This document shows positions 12,232 to 24,084 of a DNA stretch of 36,272 nt, piece by piece. Made by a program: the position numbers and the translations under genes. Source of the DNA: Octopus bimaculoides (Eukaryota); contig NC_068993.1 in assembly GCF_001194135.2 (NCBI RefSeq), forward strand, positions 44,105,307 to 44,141,578. Direction: 5' to 3'. Position 1 is the stretch's first letter; the number at the start of each line of letters is the position of its first letter. The notes below the pieces were generated by a model, which was not told the origin of the DNA, did no database searches, and was given only the letters and a program-made list of their open reading frames with translations.

Positions 12232-13204
12232 ATACGAAAGAGCCTGGTAGGTGTAAAAGACTAAATGGCATCTCTTGTCAAGAGTATAGGCAACAGTCAG
12301 ATCGCTGATGTTTGTTGTGGACTCAGCTGTCGTTATTTGACTGCTGTTATTCTGTGCGTTTGTGTTTAAAAATTAGTTGCATTTTGCAGGGCTTCTTTAT
12401 TTTTACCATTAACTTAGAAATGGAGAAAAAGATAGTGCTAGATATAAAAAATAAGACATTTGGGGTTAGAAATATTGCGAAAAAACGTGAAATTCTTCGT
12501 GCAGGCATTANNNNNNNNNNNNNNNNNNNNNNNNNNNNNNNNNNNNNNNNNNNNNNNNNNNNNNNNNNNNNNNNNNNNNNNNNNNNNNNNNNNNNNNNNN
12601 NNNNNNNNNNNNNNNNNNNNNNNNNNNNNNNNNNNNNNNNNNNNNNNNNNNNNNNNNNNNNNNNNNNNNNNNNNNNNNNNNNNNNNNNNNNNNNNNNNNN
12701 NNNNNNNNNNNNNNNNNNNNNNNNNNNNNNNNNNNNNNNNNNNNNNNNNNNNNNNNNNNNNNNNNNNNNNNNNNGGTTTCTAGAAGATCCAAAGAGTGTC
12801 GGATAGCACTAAGTAAGTGCTATGGACAGACCGTAGTTAAACTCTTGGTTCGATAATGATACGAGTGAAGAGTCTAATGTAGGTCTTGTATTAGCATGCA
12901 TATATATATTAGACAGAATGAGATAACAAATCCAAGTTTGTGAGAAGTTTTCAGGACATTTATAATGAAATAGTCTTACAGCTGTTTCTGGGATATTATG
13001 GATATCCCTTCATCAAAAACAGTGAGAAAATTTTGAGTTCGAAGTATCGAATTATATATGAATGCGTGTGTATATGTGTATATATGTATACGTAAGTACC
13101 TGTATACGCGCATGTGTGTGACTGTAAATGTGTGTGCACCTACGCGCACGTATGCGCGTGTGCATGTATATATACATGTATGTATGCGTGTGCATGTATA
13201 TATA

Positions 13205-13285
13205 AAGTACCAATTGAGCACTAGGGTCAATGTAATTTACTCCCCGCCCCTTGAAATTGCTAGCTTTATGCCAAAATTTGAAACC
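13205..13285 (+). mobile_element. SINE 3' half (family of 15361/19655/27721)
   Basis: aagtaccaattgagcactagggtcaatgtaat...gccaaaatttgaaacc matches the reverse complement of 15361-15445. Confidence 0.6.
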
Positions 13286-13711
13286 TAATTATAACATAAA
13301 AGAAAAGAAAATGCATGGATGGCGGTTTCTGGTTCTGGTTCTGAATAATGTAAGGTGTACATTTTTTTCAACGTGCCAGGGACTATGAGTAGGGGAGGTA
13401 ATCATAAAATTTAAGAAGGTTAAAAGGCTACCTTATTTGCTTAATTCCTACGTCCTGTCCTAGAAATACGGCCTCTATTTCATTAAATTTAACATATGAA
13501 AAGAAAACTTCATGTAGATGTTGGAATTTTGAATATTGTAACATTGTTGAAAATGTCTAGTTTAGAAAGCTAATTTTCTAACGGAACAGAGGGTATAGGT
13601 GGAAAATATCTATTTTAGCCTATGAGAAGATAAGAAACTTGTAAAATGTGCAGAATCTCTTAAATAATACCTTTCAACTGTTTTTATTTGTGTGTATTTG
13701 CAATTGTGTGT

Positions 13712-13750
<39 letters not shown>

Positions 13751-15360
13751 NNNNNNNNNNNNNNNNNNNNNNNNNNNNNNNNNNNNNNNNNNNNNNNNNN
13801 NNNNNNNNNNNNNNNNNNNNNNNNNNNNNNNNNNNNNNNNNNNNNNNNNNNNNNNNNNNNNNNNNNNNNNNNNNNNNNNNNNNNNNNNNNNNNNNNNNNN
13901 NNNNNNNNNNNNNNNNNNNNNNNNNNNNNNNNNNNNNNNNNNNNNNNNNNNNNNNNNNNNNNNNNNNNNNNNNNNNNNNNNNNNNNNNNNNNNNNNNNNN
14001 NNNNNNNNNNNNNNNNNNNNNNNNNNNNNNNNNNNNNNNNNNNNNNNNNNNNNNNNNNNNNNNNNNNNNNNNNNNNNNNNNNNNNNNNNNNNNNNNNNNN
14101 NNNNNNNNNNNNNNNNNNNNNNNNNNNNNNNNNNNNNNNNNNNNNNNNNNNNNNNNNNNNNNNNNNNNNNNNNNNNNNNNNNNNNNNNNNNNNNNNNNNN
14201 NNNNNNNNNNNNNNNNNNNNNNNNNNNNNNNNNNNNNNNNNNNNNNNNNNNNNNNNNNNNNNNNNNNNNNNNNNNNNNNNNNNNNNNNNNNNNNNNNNNN
14301 NNNNNNNNNNNNNNNNNNNNNNNNNNNNNNNNNNNNNNNNNNNNNNNNNNNAATCAATTTAATGGCCTCTCCCCCATATTTTGATGACTGAAAGTGGATA
14401 TTCTTAAAGTCTTTTTTCTTTTCTTTTTAAATTTTATAACCTGCTTGGAAATGGCGGTTAAGAGAAATTTTTTATAGGACTGAATTGAAACATAGAAATA
14501 TGTAAATTTAATGGATTTTACAAATTTTAGAGAATATATGTTTTTCAATATATGGTTGGCACATGACGTAACGAGTTCAACTCCTTGGGCGGAGGTGAGT
14601 TGTGTTCTTTAGCAAGGCGTTTCATTTCGCATTACTGAGATGAAAGGAAGCAACAGCTAGATATTAACCTTGTGATGAACTCCTCTGAAAGTAGGTCTTT
14701 CAAGAAGGAGAAGCGATCGTCTAACATTTTATTCCAGTTATATAAAGGCTATTATGATATCTCAAGTTGCCTTACTAGCCTAGAAATCACTGTCGTCGTC
14801 ATCATCATCAGCAATATTATCGATTATCAATGATGTTAATTTTCACGTATGAGAAAAGCAGAATATTACATACTGTATATAGAACAATGTCGCTTAAGTA
14901 TGTTGTTAGACTTGCTAATCTGACAGCGTATGGTTCAGCATATGTGTGTGTTTGCGTAATCGATGGTGTAAATGAAAAAAGGATTGGTAAAGCGGTATTC
15001 AAACTTTTACCTTTTCTTCATTACGTTTAGGATGTTCTGCCTTAATCCATAATTTCCTAGGGACTCTCATTCCAACACACATTGACCACTCATATTCGAC
15101 ATTTTTCAGTTGAATTTATCTTAGTAGATAATCTTGATTCAAATTTATAGCCAGTTCTCTTGTGAGATTAACATTCACGTTTTGTTTACTGATTTTTACC
15201 TTCAAAACCAAGTTCTGTTATGATTTTATGTGTTATTTGTATTTCTCTACAATTTCTAATACATATTAATTCCTACGTATGATGATATACCACAATGTAT
15301 TGAAACAACAATGCTGATGTAAAGTACTGCTTATTTAATAAATGAATATAGAGTACACAT

Positions 15361-15556
15361 ATTGATTTCAAATTTTGGCACAAGGCCAGCAATTTTGGGG
15401 GGAGGAGTAAATCAATTACATCGACCCCAGTGTTGAACTGGTACTTCTATAATCGACCCGAAAAGGATAAATGGCAAAGTCGACTTCGGCGAAATTTGAA
15501 CTCAGGCCATGAAGAGCATTTTGCTCGGTGTGCTAACGATTCTGCCAGCTCACCTC
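15361..15556 (-). mobile_element. SINE
   Basis: Reverse complement ggaggtgagctggcagaatcgttagcacaccg...gccttgtgccaaaatttgaaatc; homologous to 27721-27910 and 19655-19850. Confidence 0.75.
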
Positions 15557-17907
15557 CATATGGAGCATACATATTGATATACATACATATACATTGATTC
15601 GTCTATTCAGTTAGTCTCATTGATCTTGCCCGACAATTACAATTATATAGGTATAAAAAAATTTAAAACTACATTTCACTTAAGACTCAGATGGTTTTTC
15701 AACCCCTCATTCTTCCTTCTTCTAAGATGATAACTCGTTGAACAATACCGAGTCATGGCAACTTCTGTGAAGGGAAACAACTCTTATTATATCGGAGTTA
15801 TGTCCCATGTCTTTTACCTACTAACTAAAATATTAATCAGTACACAATATATCTGTTGGGAAAACAACTTTAATTCACCGAATAATAATTAGTTATGTCA
15901 CATTTGTAATTAATTGCTTGCTGAACAATAATAATGTTTCTTGGAAAATATACTTATTTCAAATATACAAATCAGAATTTGTTTTACGATGAATGTAAAC
16001 AAACAAAGCTTGCTTTAGAAGCGTTGAGATGTCTTAGAAAGTTAAAGTAATTTTTTTAATTCTCAAACGCAGGATAATGCTAATAATATAGCATAAACAG
16101 GATAAACTGCCCCTATTTTTCAGAAAAATGGTTAAAATTTGCCCTGTTTATCATTATCCCGTATGTTACATATTTATTATATCATACTTTGATACTGTGT
16201 GGACTAAGATGCCCGTGGTATTTATAGAGTGTTAAGCGGTTTCGACATGCAAATTAGGGACTCCTTCATAGAGTAACTGCTGCAGTAATTGAGTATATAA
16301 ACAGTTTGGCTACTTGTTTCTTTGGAGGCTGTCCGAATGATGTGGACGCTTCCGATGAAAACCCAATAAAGTTCGAAAATCGAGTAAAGTTGTTCGTCAT
16401 TTTTTTTCAGAGAAATGGCTAAAATTTTCCCTGTGTATAATTGTACCATATGCTACATATATATATATATATTTATATACGTTGTGAAACTAATAGAAGT
16501 GAAACTATCAACATATATACAAACATGTATATATACATAGTGAAACTAATAAAAATGAAACTATTGAAAGTCAAACCATACAAAAGTGAATGTATTATAT
16601 CACATTACAATAGAGATGTTATTGTTTCACTTTTGACACGTAATACAGGGTTCACATTAGGCAAGAAGTTGAAAAATTTGGGGCCCATGACATTCTATAG
16701 ACTCTAAGTAATGCATGTGTAGAACTTGAATGAAATCAGTTGGGTAGCTCTCGAGTTTTATTGTTGCACACACACACATTCTCAGTTTTATATATATATA
16801 GATTATGAAAACTTGTAAACATAGGCAAGATAAATAAAAGAACGCTGCTTTTCTAAATTGTCCCTTTTAGTATTTGCTCTAGATTCTGTCAAAGACACAC
16901 TTTTGTCATTACTGAACTAAGATATGTAGTAAACCAGTGACAAGTTCGTGAGTCAACCTGTAACCCAACTGCGCTATTTTTCACTATACGTGATATAAAA
17001 ATTATAAGCTGCTTATTTTACCAACACATATATATATCGAGTCCCTCAAATTGTGATACTCTTCTCTGGAACAAGGATCAATAACAACATCATTGTGAAA
17101 ATTAGTCATTTACTAGAACCCTAATTATAATGTATACAGGGCCAGCCCAGGTTACCGGAAACTCGGGTAGTCACCCGGGGCACCATGTGCTGGGCGGGGG
17201 GGGNNNNNNNNNNNNNNNNNNNNNNNNNNNNNNNNNNNNNNNNNNNNNNNNNNNNNNNNNNNNNNNNNNNNNNNNNNNNNNNNNNNNNNNNNNNNNNNNN
17301 NNNGTGAGTGTATTTGTTATTTTATCTCACTCGTGATAACTTCGACGACCTGTTTGTCTTTTTTTTTTTCCTTTTGCCTTGGTCTTACTTTTTGATTTTA
17401 TGGTGAAAGGTAGAAAGAATGAAGAAGACATTATGAGGAAGAGATGAAGCAAGGATAAAGGAGGAAGGAAAAGTCACTACAAAAAGCAAGGATTTTTTAA
17501 ATGGAAAGGAAGTTGGTTGATCCCTTTGTGCATACAAAAGTATGAATTATGAAATCAATTATGGTGAAACAAAATGTAGGGTCCAGGTTACACTTGTTGA
17601 TAAAATTAAGTTACTTTTTAAAATGTCCTCTTTCAAAACGAACCTTATTTCCTAAGGTTAAACGTTTTAAACATTGGACGATACGCTGTCTGTTTTTCTA
17701 AATACTTTTTAAAATCCTTCTATGCATGGCTAACCCGTCCATTTCTGGTATTACAGAGTTTAGTGCTCTATATATAATAGCTTTCGTCATAGGTTTGCCC
17801 CAGTTAAAGTTTGTAGTGGTAAATAATAAAGAAACTGTGAGAAGTTTATGAAGTTAAAAATGAATAAAATGAATACAGATAGAAAAACCTGAAATGTTAT
17901 TACTTAC

Positions 17908-17991
17908 TTTGTGTTCTGAAGGATTCAGACATTGCAAAGCATTGCAGAAGTCCGTTGCAATCATACCTGCCGAACAGAGTCCCCAGCGCAT
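17908..17991 (-). CDS. DHDH: Orphan, intact DHDH-like exon 1 (inverted; third paralog or misplaced copy 1 exon)
   Basis: Reverse complement ATG CGC TGG GGA CTC ... CAC AAA|gtaagt = MRWGLCSAGMIATDFCNALQCLNPSEHK; 74/84 nt identical to copy 2 exon 1. Intron-1 homology continues to about 17500. Lies on a 768-bp contig between 100-N and 10-N gaps. Confidence 0.8.
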
Positions 17992-18420
17992 TTTTCCACC
18001 TTTTGAAATATACTAACAAAATGCTGCAAGTTTCTAATCCCCTTCTTTTTCTTTTCTTTTGTTATTTAAATNNNNNNNNNNGAGAGAGGGAGGGGAGAGA
18101 AGGAGGGTGGAGAGAGAGAGGAAGAGAGAGAGAGAGAGAGAGGAAGAGAGAGGGGGGAGAATTACGAAAGTGGGAGAAAGCAGGAACAGAATCGCAAATG
18201 GTGTCGAAAGGAGAATTAACATGCTTTAGTGAAACATGTTGCTAAATCCAGACGAAATAACAACATGCTCAGTCACAGAATCCGAAATATCAAAAAGCAG
18301 TACAGTGGTTCTACACTTACTAAAAACAACATGACCTAAATAGATATGTAGAAATACATAGTTGTTACTTTTTTTTTACTTCCACGATAAACCCACTGAA
18401 GAGATTTCCCGCTGCATTCT

Positions 18421-18521
18421 CTTTACTGTTTTACTTGTTTAGGTCATTTGACTGCGGCCATGCTGGAGCACCGCCTTTAGTCGAGAAAATCGACCCCAGG
18501 ACTTATTCTTTGTAAGCCTAG
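18421..18521 (-). mobile_element. SINE 3' end (cut by gap)
   Basis: ttacttgtttaggtcatttgactgcggccatgctggagcaccgcc..., recalled as the tail of an abundant octopus SINE. Confidence 0.6.
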
Positions 18522-18656
18522 NNNNNNNNNNNNNNNNNNNNNNNNNNNNNNNNNNNNNNNNNNNNNNNNNNNNNNNNNNNNNNNNNNNNNNNNNNNNNNN
18601 NNNNNNNNNNNNNNNNNNNNNNNNNNNNNNNNNNNNNNNNNNNNNNNNNNNNNNNN

Positions 18657-18710
<54 letters not shown>

Positions 18711-19471
18711 GTGTGCAAATATGAAATGGTGATGATGGTTTTGTGTGTGTTTCTGTTGCCCCAAATTCTGACTTTTTTTCTCATTAAATTTGAATGTTCT
18801 TTTTTTCAAAATATCACTTATTCACTATGTTGTCTGTTAGATAGGTCATCGTCGAGGTTTTGCCTGTTTATACCTGTTTAAAATTTTACTAAAAAATGGT
18901 GGATTCATGCTATGTTGTAATCTATGAATATATGAATAAAACTCTACCGAAACAGCTGTAGTAAATCTTAAATCCCCTTTGTGTTTCTTTTATAGCTACG
19001 CCGCACCTGGAGCCATCCCCAAGTCAGATCTAGGTTCAAACTTGATCTGGGACTCACATATCAATATACCTGCGATTTACTAACACATGATACTCCATGG
19101 ATGTTTTACTTCACTGTAAGCCCTATGTTACGGTACCTAGCCAGTTCTGGTGCGCTACGTGTTGATGCGCCTAGATTATGTGTCCTATAACTAATGTATG
19201 TATGTATGTATGTATGTATGTATGTGTATATATATGTATGCATATGTTTATGTATGCATGTATATATATATGTATATATATGTATATATATGTATGCATA
19301 TGGGTTCTAAGAAACTGAAACAGGTCTGTTGCTTTATAAAATGACCAGATCCATCCTAGTCTACGTTATACTAAAAAATTTAATCTGAATCTTGTGATTC
19401 AGATTAAATTTAATCTGAATCTTGTGAGACTATCTCGCTTGTTTCTGCTTTTTGTTTTTTAGACTTTAAAC

Positions 19472-19642
19472 CAGCAGTTTTCAAGCGGGGTCCATATGAA
19501 CTTTGGAGGTCCATATTAGATTTTGTTGTTGTATAGAAATATAATAGGATTTTTTAAACATTGAATAGCTAAAAGGCTTCACTCAAGTAAAATAGGAATC
19601 AAAGGGATCCATAGGTATTTAAAAAATGGCTGAGAACCACTG
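19472..19642. mobile_element. hAT (Charlie-like) MITE, 171 bp
   Basis: Termini CAGCAGTTTTCAA ... TGAGAACCACTG (CAGTGGTTCTCA-type); exact 8-bp TSD CTTTAAAC at 19464-19471 and 19643-19650. Confidence 0.85.
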
Positions 19643-19654
19643 CTTTAAACAAAG

Positions 19655-19850
19655 GTGGCGAGCTGGTTTTGTCATTAGTGAGTCAGGCAACATGCTTGGC
19701 GGTATTTCTTTGACATTTTACCTTCTGATTTCTGATTTCAAATACCACCGTGATCGATTCTGCCTTTCATTATTTCGGGGTCAATAAAATAAGTATCTCC
19801 CCACAAACTTCAGGGTCTCGTGCTTATTGTAGAAAGGATTTTTAACGGAA
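19655..19850 (+). mobile_element. Degenerate SINE
   Basis: ggtggcgagctgg...tgcctttcattatttcggggtcaataaaataagta; same family as 15361-15556. Confidence 0.6.
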
Positions 19851-20319
19851 GTACAAAATATTAAGTTGCCCCGCCTGAAATGAGAGTAACATCGTCATGG
19901 ATAATTTATTGTAAAGTTGGAAAAACTGCTTTTATTAACCCGAGTTTATCTGTACTGAGAAAAGTAATGAGTCTTTAAGCTAAATTGTTTCTAATCCTAA
20001 AGTTTTCTTTGCACATGTTTTGAGAGACCTAACTGTAAACTGTTCTAAATCTAAATGTAGGTGAAACTTTGTAGTAGGCGATGGGTCCTCATCCCTGGCT
20101 TATATCTAGCTAGCACTATTTACCTTTGTTCATTATTGAATATGATCATTCCGTAGTAACTTCGTTTTCGTTTCACTTATTCTAAACTTTCTAAAATTGA
20201 AAATGTGTCTCACAGTCGTATGTTCCTCTTTATCAAGAGCCACGATATATCTATATATTATCCCCACTTTTTATGATTCATTCTTCTATTAAGTTTCAGC
20301 ACTCAAAAGTATCAAAATC

Positions 20320-20475
20320 CAGGCCTCGTCCACCCAAGGAGCGTTGAAATACATATTCATGTGAAAAGGCAGTAAGAACGGAAGCTAACTCTAAGTAGCG
20401 TATTTATCCAATGGTTTCAGAGTCAATTATTTCTCTGATAGCTTTGTAAGATAGTAAGGAGTTAGACTACAAAGC
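20320..20475 (-). pseudogene. DHDH: DHDH-like pseudo-exon 4 (fragment B)
   Basis: Reverse complement ttcctttcag|GCT TTG TAG TCT AAC...: AL*SNSLLSYKAIREIIDSETIG*IRYLELASVLTAFSHEYVFQRSLGGRGL. Two stops; homology is lost after GGRGL. Confidence 0.85.
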
Positions 20476-20603
20476 CTGAAAGGAAACAAAATATGTGAAT
20501 AGAAAAAACAAATTCTGTTACTTTTCTTCATAACCATTATCTTCCCGACCCTTTGTATTTATTAAATCCGCTGCACAGCTTTTCAACTGGTCCTGTATAT
20601 ATC

Positions 20604-21255
20604 TACCCTGCGCGCGTAAGTGAAAGCAGGGTGTTGTAATCACTCGTGTTTGTTTGTTTGCAAAATTGCTGGTAAACGGCTGAACGGATTTTCACCGAAT
20701 TTGGTAGAAATACTTATTGGGTGAGTAGCTCAAATCGATGAAAATTTGGTTTGATTATCTTCAAACGTACATAAATACATACACAGATATGTGACTCTGT
20801 GTGTGTGCGCGCATAATGATGGATTCGAGGGTTTCGTTTATTTACAAGTTGATTCCTTAATTTCACCGGATTATAAATATCTATAATGCTGAAACACTTC
20901 TCAAATTCTATGCAATATTTTCTATAAGTATTTTATTTTGTTCACTTCCTTTTTCATATGAATCGAACCTCGTCTGCGTGTTTTCAGATCATGATGTACC
21001 TTTGCACGTTGACACATCTGGGTACATACATACATACGCGATTGTGTATGTGTGCATGTGAGTGTGTACAGTGATGGATTCGAGGGTTTCACTTATTTAC
21101 GAGCTGATTTCTTAATTTCACCAGAGTATAAATACCTATATTGGTGATACTTCAAAAAAAAAAAAAAGATCAATTCAGTTCAATTAAAAAGCAACGCATT
21201 GTAAGCCACACTATAATCTGCGAAAAAAATTATCTGCACGCAGGGTGCTTTTTTT
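20604..21255 (+). mobile_element. Helentron-associated non-autonomous element (HINE/DINE-1-like)
   Basis: 5' subTIR ACCCTGCGCGC (20605), short inverted arm GCAGGGT (20626-20632), (GTTT)n, core aaacggctgaacggattttcaccgaatttgg, internal repeat pair about 255 bp apart (20816.. and 21071..), 3' subTIR GCACGCAGGGT (21236-21246), then a T run. Confidence 0.65.
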
Positions 21256-22949
21256 TAATTGTTTTCTAACATTATTTTTATTCGGTCATGATCGATTCCT
21301 TTGCGCATACAAAACTATGCATTATTAAAACAATTTTAAGGAAACCATGTCCCGGTGGGTGAAAATATTTGATATTGGGTTACGAATCTGTAAGAAATTT
21401 AATCTTTTTTTAAAATTCTTTAGAATTTTCTGTTACAAACTGAGTTTTAGCTTCATTAAGTTCTGACCTAAATAAAAACCTTGTGCATAGTGGCTACTAT
21501 ATGTCATAAATAACTAAGTCTACTGCTGCACAAAGACAAATCGTATGACAGTGTTATTTGTCATTTTATTTGTAACGCTTAATAGAGTCAAACTTTGACC
21601 TGCAAACTGATGTGCAAGTTGTCATACCATGAGATGAAGTGGGGGTTTAATGTTTGAGACACAGAGTAGGGGAAGCTTTTACAGCATTTACTTAATTTCT
21701 GCGTACACTTCTGTATTCATTTCCACTTTGGTTTTTATCATCACATTGCGTCATTGATAAAAATCTCTCAGTAATAACTTACGCATATATAAACAAATAT
21801 TACACTAAGGTTTAGTATGTATTTATGTCAATAAATTATATTACATTACTGTGTGATGTAATGTATAAGTAAACACGTTCATTTATATCATTTATATTCT
21901 CTACACAATCAACTGATTCTAAGGTGTCGTCACTAAACCAGAGGGGAACATGACTTGGGCGTCTTAGAACTGGAGATAGTTTAAATGGCTCAAAATTATG
22001 ATGACTCAGTTAAGTATATAAGCTTATACTTTAAGAGGAAATATTTTTTTTTCAGAAATGGAGTACTTGTAAGGGACGACCGTGCGAACTCAAAAAGGAG
22101 AAATGGTGACGAATGGAAAAACAGAGGACTCCTTTTATTTAAACGTGTCACACGGTCGAACATACAAATATATATCAAATGATGATATACATGATATGTT
22201 ATACGACGATAACATAGATGACCAGTAATGAAAGACCACAACCGTATAAGATGAATAACAGAGATATTTATTATGGCGTTAAAGATGTATGTCTGTGTGA
22301 GAGTGTGAATGCGACATATAATAACATAATCAAAGACAGGCCGTCATACAAAGAAAAGTGTGTATGTGAGTGATACATGTATGTATGAGTGTTTACAGCA
22401 GATAGANNNNNNNNNNNNNNNNNNNNNNNNNNNNNNNNNNNNNNNNNNNNNNNNNNNNNNNNNNNNNNNNNNNNNNNNNNNNNNNNNNNNNNNNNNNNNN
22501 NNNNNNNNNNNNNNNNNNNNNNNNNNNNNNNNNNNNNNNNNNNNNNNNNNNNNNNNNNNNNNNNNNNNNNNNNNNNNNNNNNNNNNNNNNNNNNNNNNNN
22601 NNNNNNNNNNNNNNNNNNNNNNNNNNNNNNNNNNNNNNNNNNNNNNNNNNNNNNNNNNNNNNNNNNNNNNNNNNNNNNNNNNNNNNNNNNNNNNNNNNNN
22701 NNNNAATCGTGTTGGTCATGACGATGGTGCTGGTTAGTAGTCGTAGACTCGTATTGCTGATATGGCGACGGCGGTGGTCATCGTTGGCTGGACGAAGCTG
22801 TTGAAGTGGTCGCTGGAACTGCTGCTGCTGTCGTGTGGTACACGGAACAGTTCTCAAAGAGAAACTGGACCGAGACCAATTTGTGGGATATGAGTTAATC
22901 TATTTATAGCGTTAAGAGGGCTCCCAACTGGCTTCAGAACTTTACTCTA

Positions 22950-23045
22950 TCACGTGACCTTATTAGGGGCCGTGATTGGTCAGTTTGCGTTCTGGCGGGA
23001 AAGGTTCGAAGAAGTTGCCGATTCGAATAATAATCAGTCACGTGA
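22950..23045. promoter_or_regulatory. Promoter-like motif cluster (two E-boxes, CCAAT, E2F)
   Basis: TCACGTGAC 22950-22958, ATTGG 22975-22979, GGCGGGAAA 22994-23002 and GTCACGTGA 23037-23045 in a locally CpG-rich patch. Confidence 0.4.
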
Positions 23046-23294
23046 TGACAAGGAATGGGTTCTCTACTACGCTCGCATTTATTTATATTTAAATGAGAAG
23101 ATTGTATGTAGTGGCGATAGTAGTTTGTATCTAATGGCGGGAGGTAGTTTCACTACATACTTATCACTTTAAAGACCTCTACTCAATCATATCCAGCGAT
23201 AATTTTAATCTGTTACATATTCTATCGTTCAGTTAGTGGAATTGCTTAGTCAAAGAACGTAAAGCAAGACAACAAAAGCAACACTAGTTTTTAG

Positions 23295-23458
23295 GTTGAT
23301 AAACACAGACACGAAGAAATATAGGATTGGCTTCAGTTTTGGTCAACCAGAAACTGTAGAAGACACTTAGGCATTTGCCTAAAGTACTGGGCCGATGGGT
23401 TGACTCCAGAAATATGTAGTTGTGAAGCAAGCCCTTTAACTACACAGCGTTGCCTACG
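23295..23458 (-). mobile_element. Degenerate tRNA-derived SINE
   Basis: Reverse complement cgtaggcaacgctgtgtagttaaagggcttgcttcacaactac...aagtgtcttctac; same family as 4823-4975. Confidence 0.55.
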
Positions 23459-24084
23459 TTTAGGTATGATTATTCACATGATGAGCGGTGTAATATATAT
23501 TTCATACTAAATTCTACACTTGGCTAAGAAATTTCTCCAAGTAGACGTAAGAAATTATATACCTCCATCTTACCAACAACTACTATGTGGATGTATACGA
23601 TTCACATTATTCTTCCTATCACTGGTCCTTTGTTACTCATCTCTATTACCGTCTCTTACATGGCACTTCCAGTTGATAACCTTAATAACTATCATACTGA
23701 CTTCCTCTCTCTTCTGCCACTTTCTCACTGTCACTCGTGTTATATTACTCTTCTTTCATTTTTCATCATGTAAAGTGATGATGGTGTTCAAGATGATGAT
23801 ATTGGTGGTGATGAGGATGATTTTTGGAATCAATATGCTGAATTTTGGTGTTATGTCAATTTACCCATGTTCCCCATTGTACGACGGTCACTGTTAGGAA
23901 TTATACTTTTGCCTGAATTTTGTATATATAAATAAAAAGAAAAATACTGAAATGCAAATGTAATGTGTAAGCATACATGACTTGTGTAAATACACATTGT
24001 GTTTTCAAAAGTAGATGTAAACAACGTTTTCCCCCCTCTGCAGAACGGTTGAAGTAAGATATTCCCAATACTTGTAACTACAGT

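Noticed and set aside
12797-12832. Hairpin (atagcact-aagta-agtgctat) as a Helitron 3' end
   Set aside because: No CTRR terminus at the expected distance; the upstream sequence is in a gap.
13648-14391. Long ORFs spanning N runs (also 4746-5219, 12312-12806, 22360-22857, 32916-33762)
   Set aside because: Length comes from unknown bases.
21985-22182. 65-aa ORF with an internal acceptor-like ttttttcag
   Set aside because: No recognisable homology, no partner exons.
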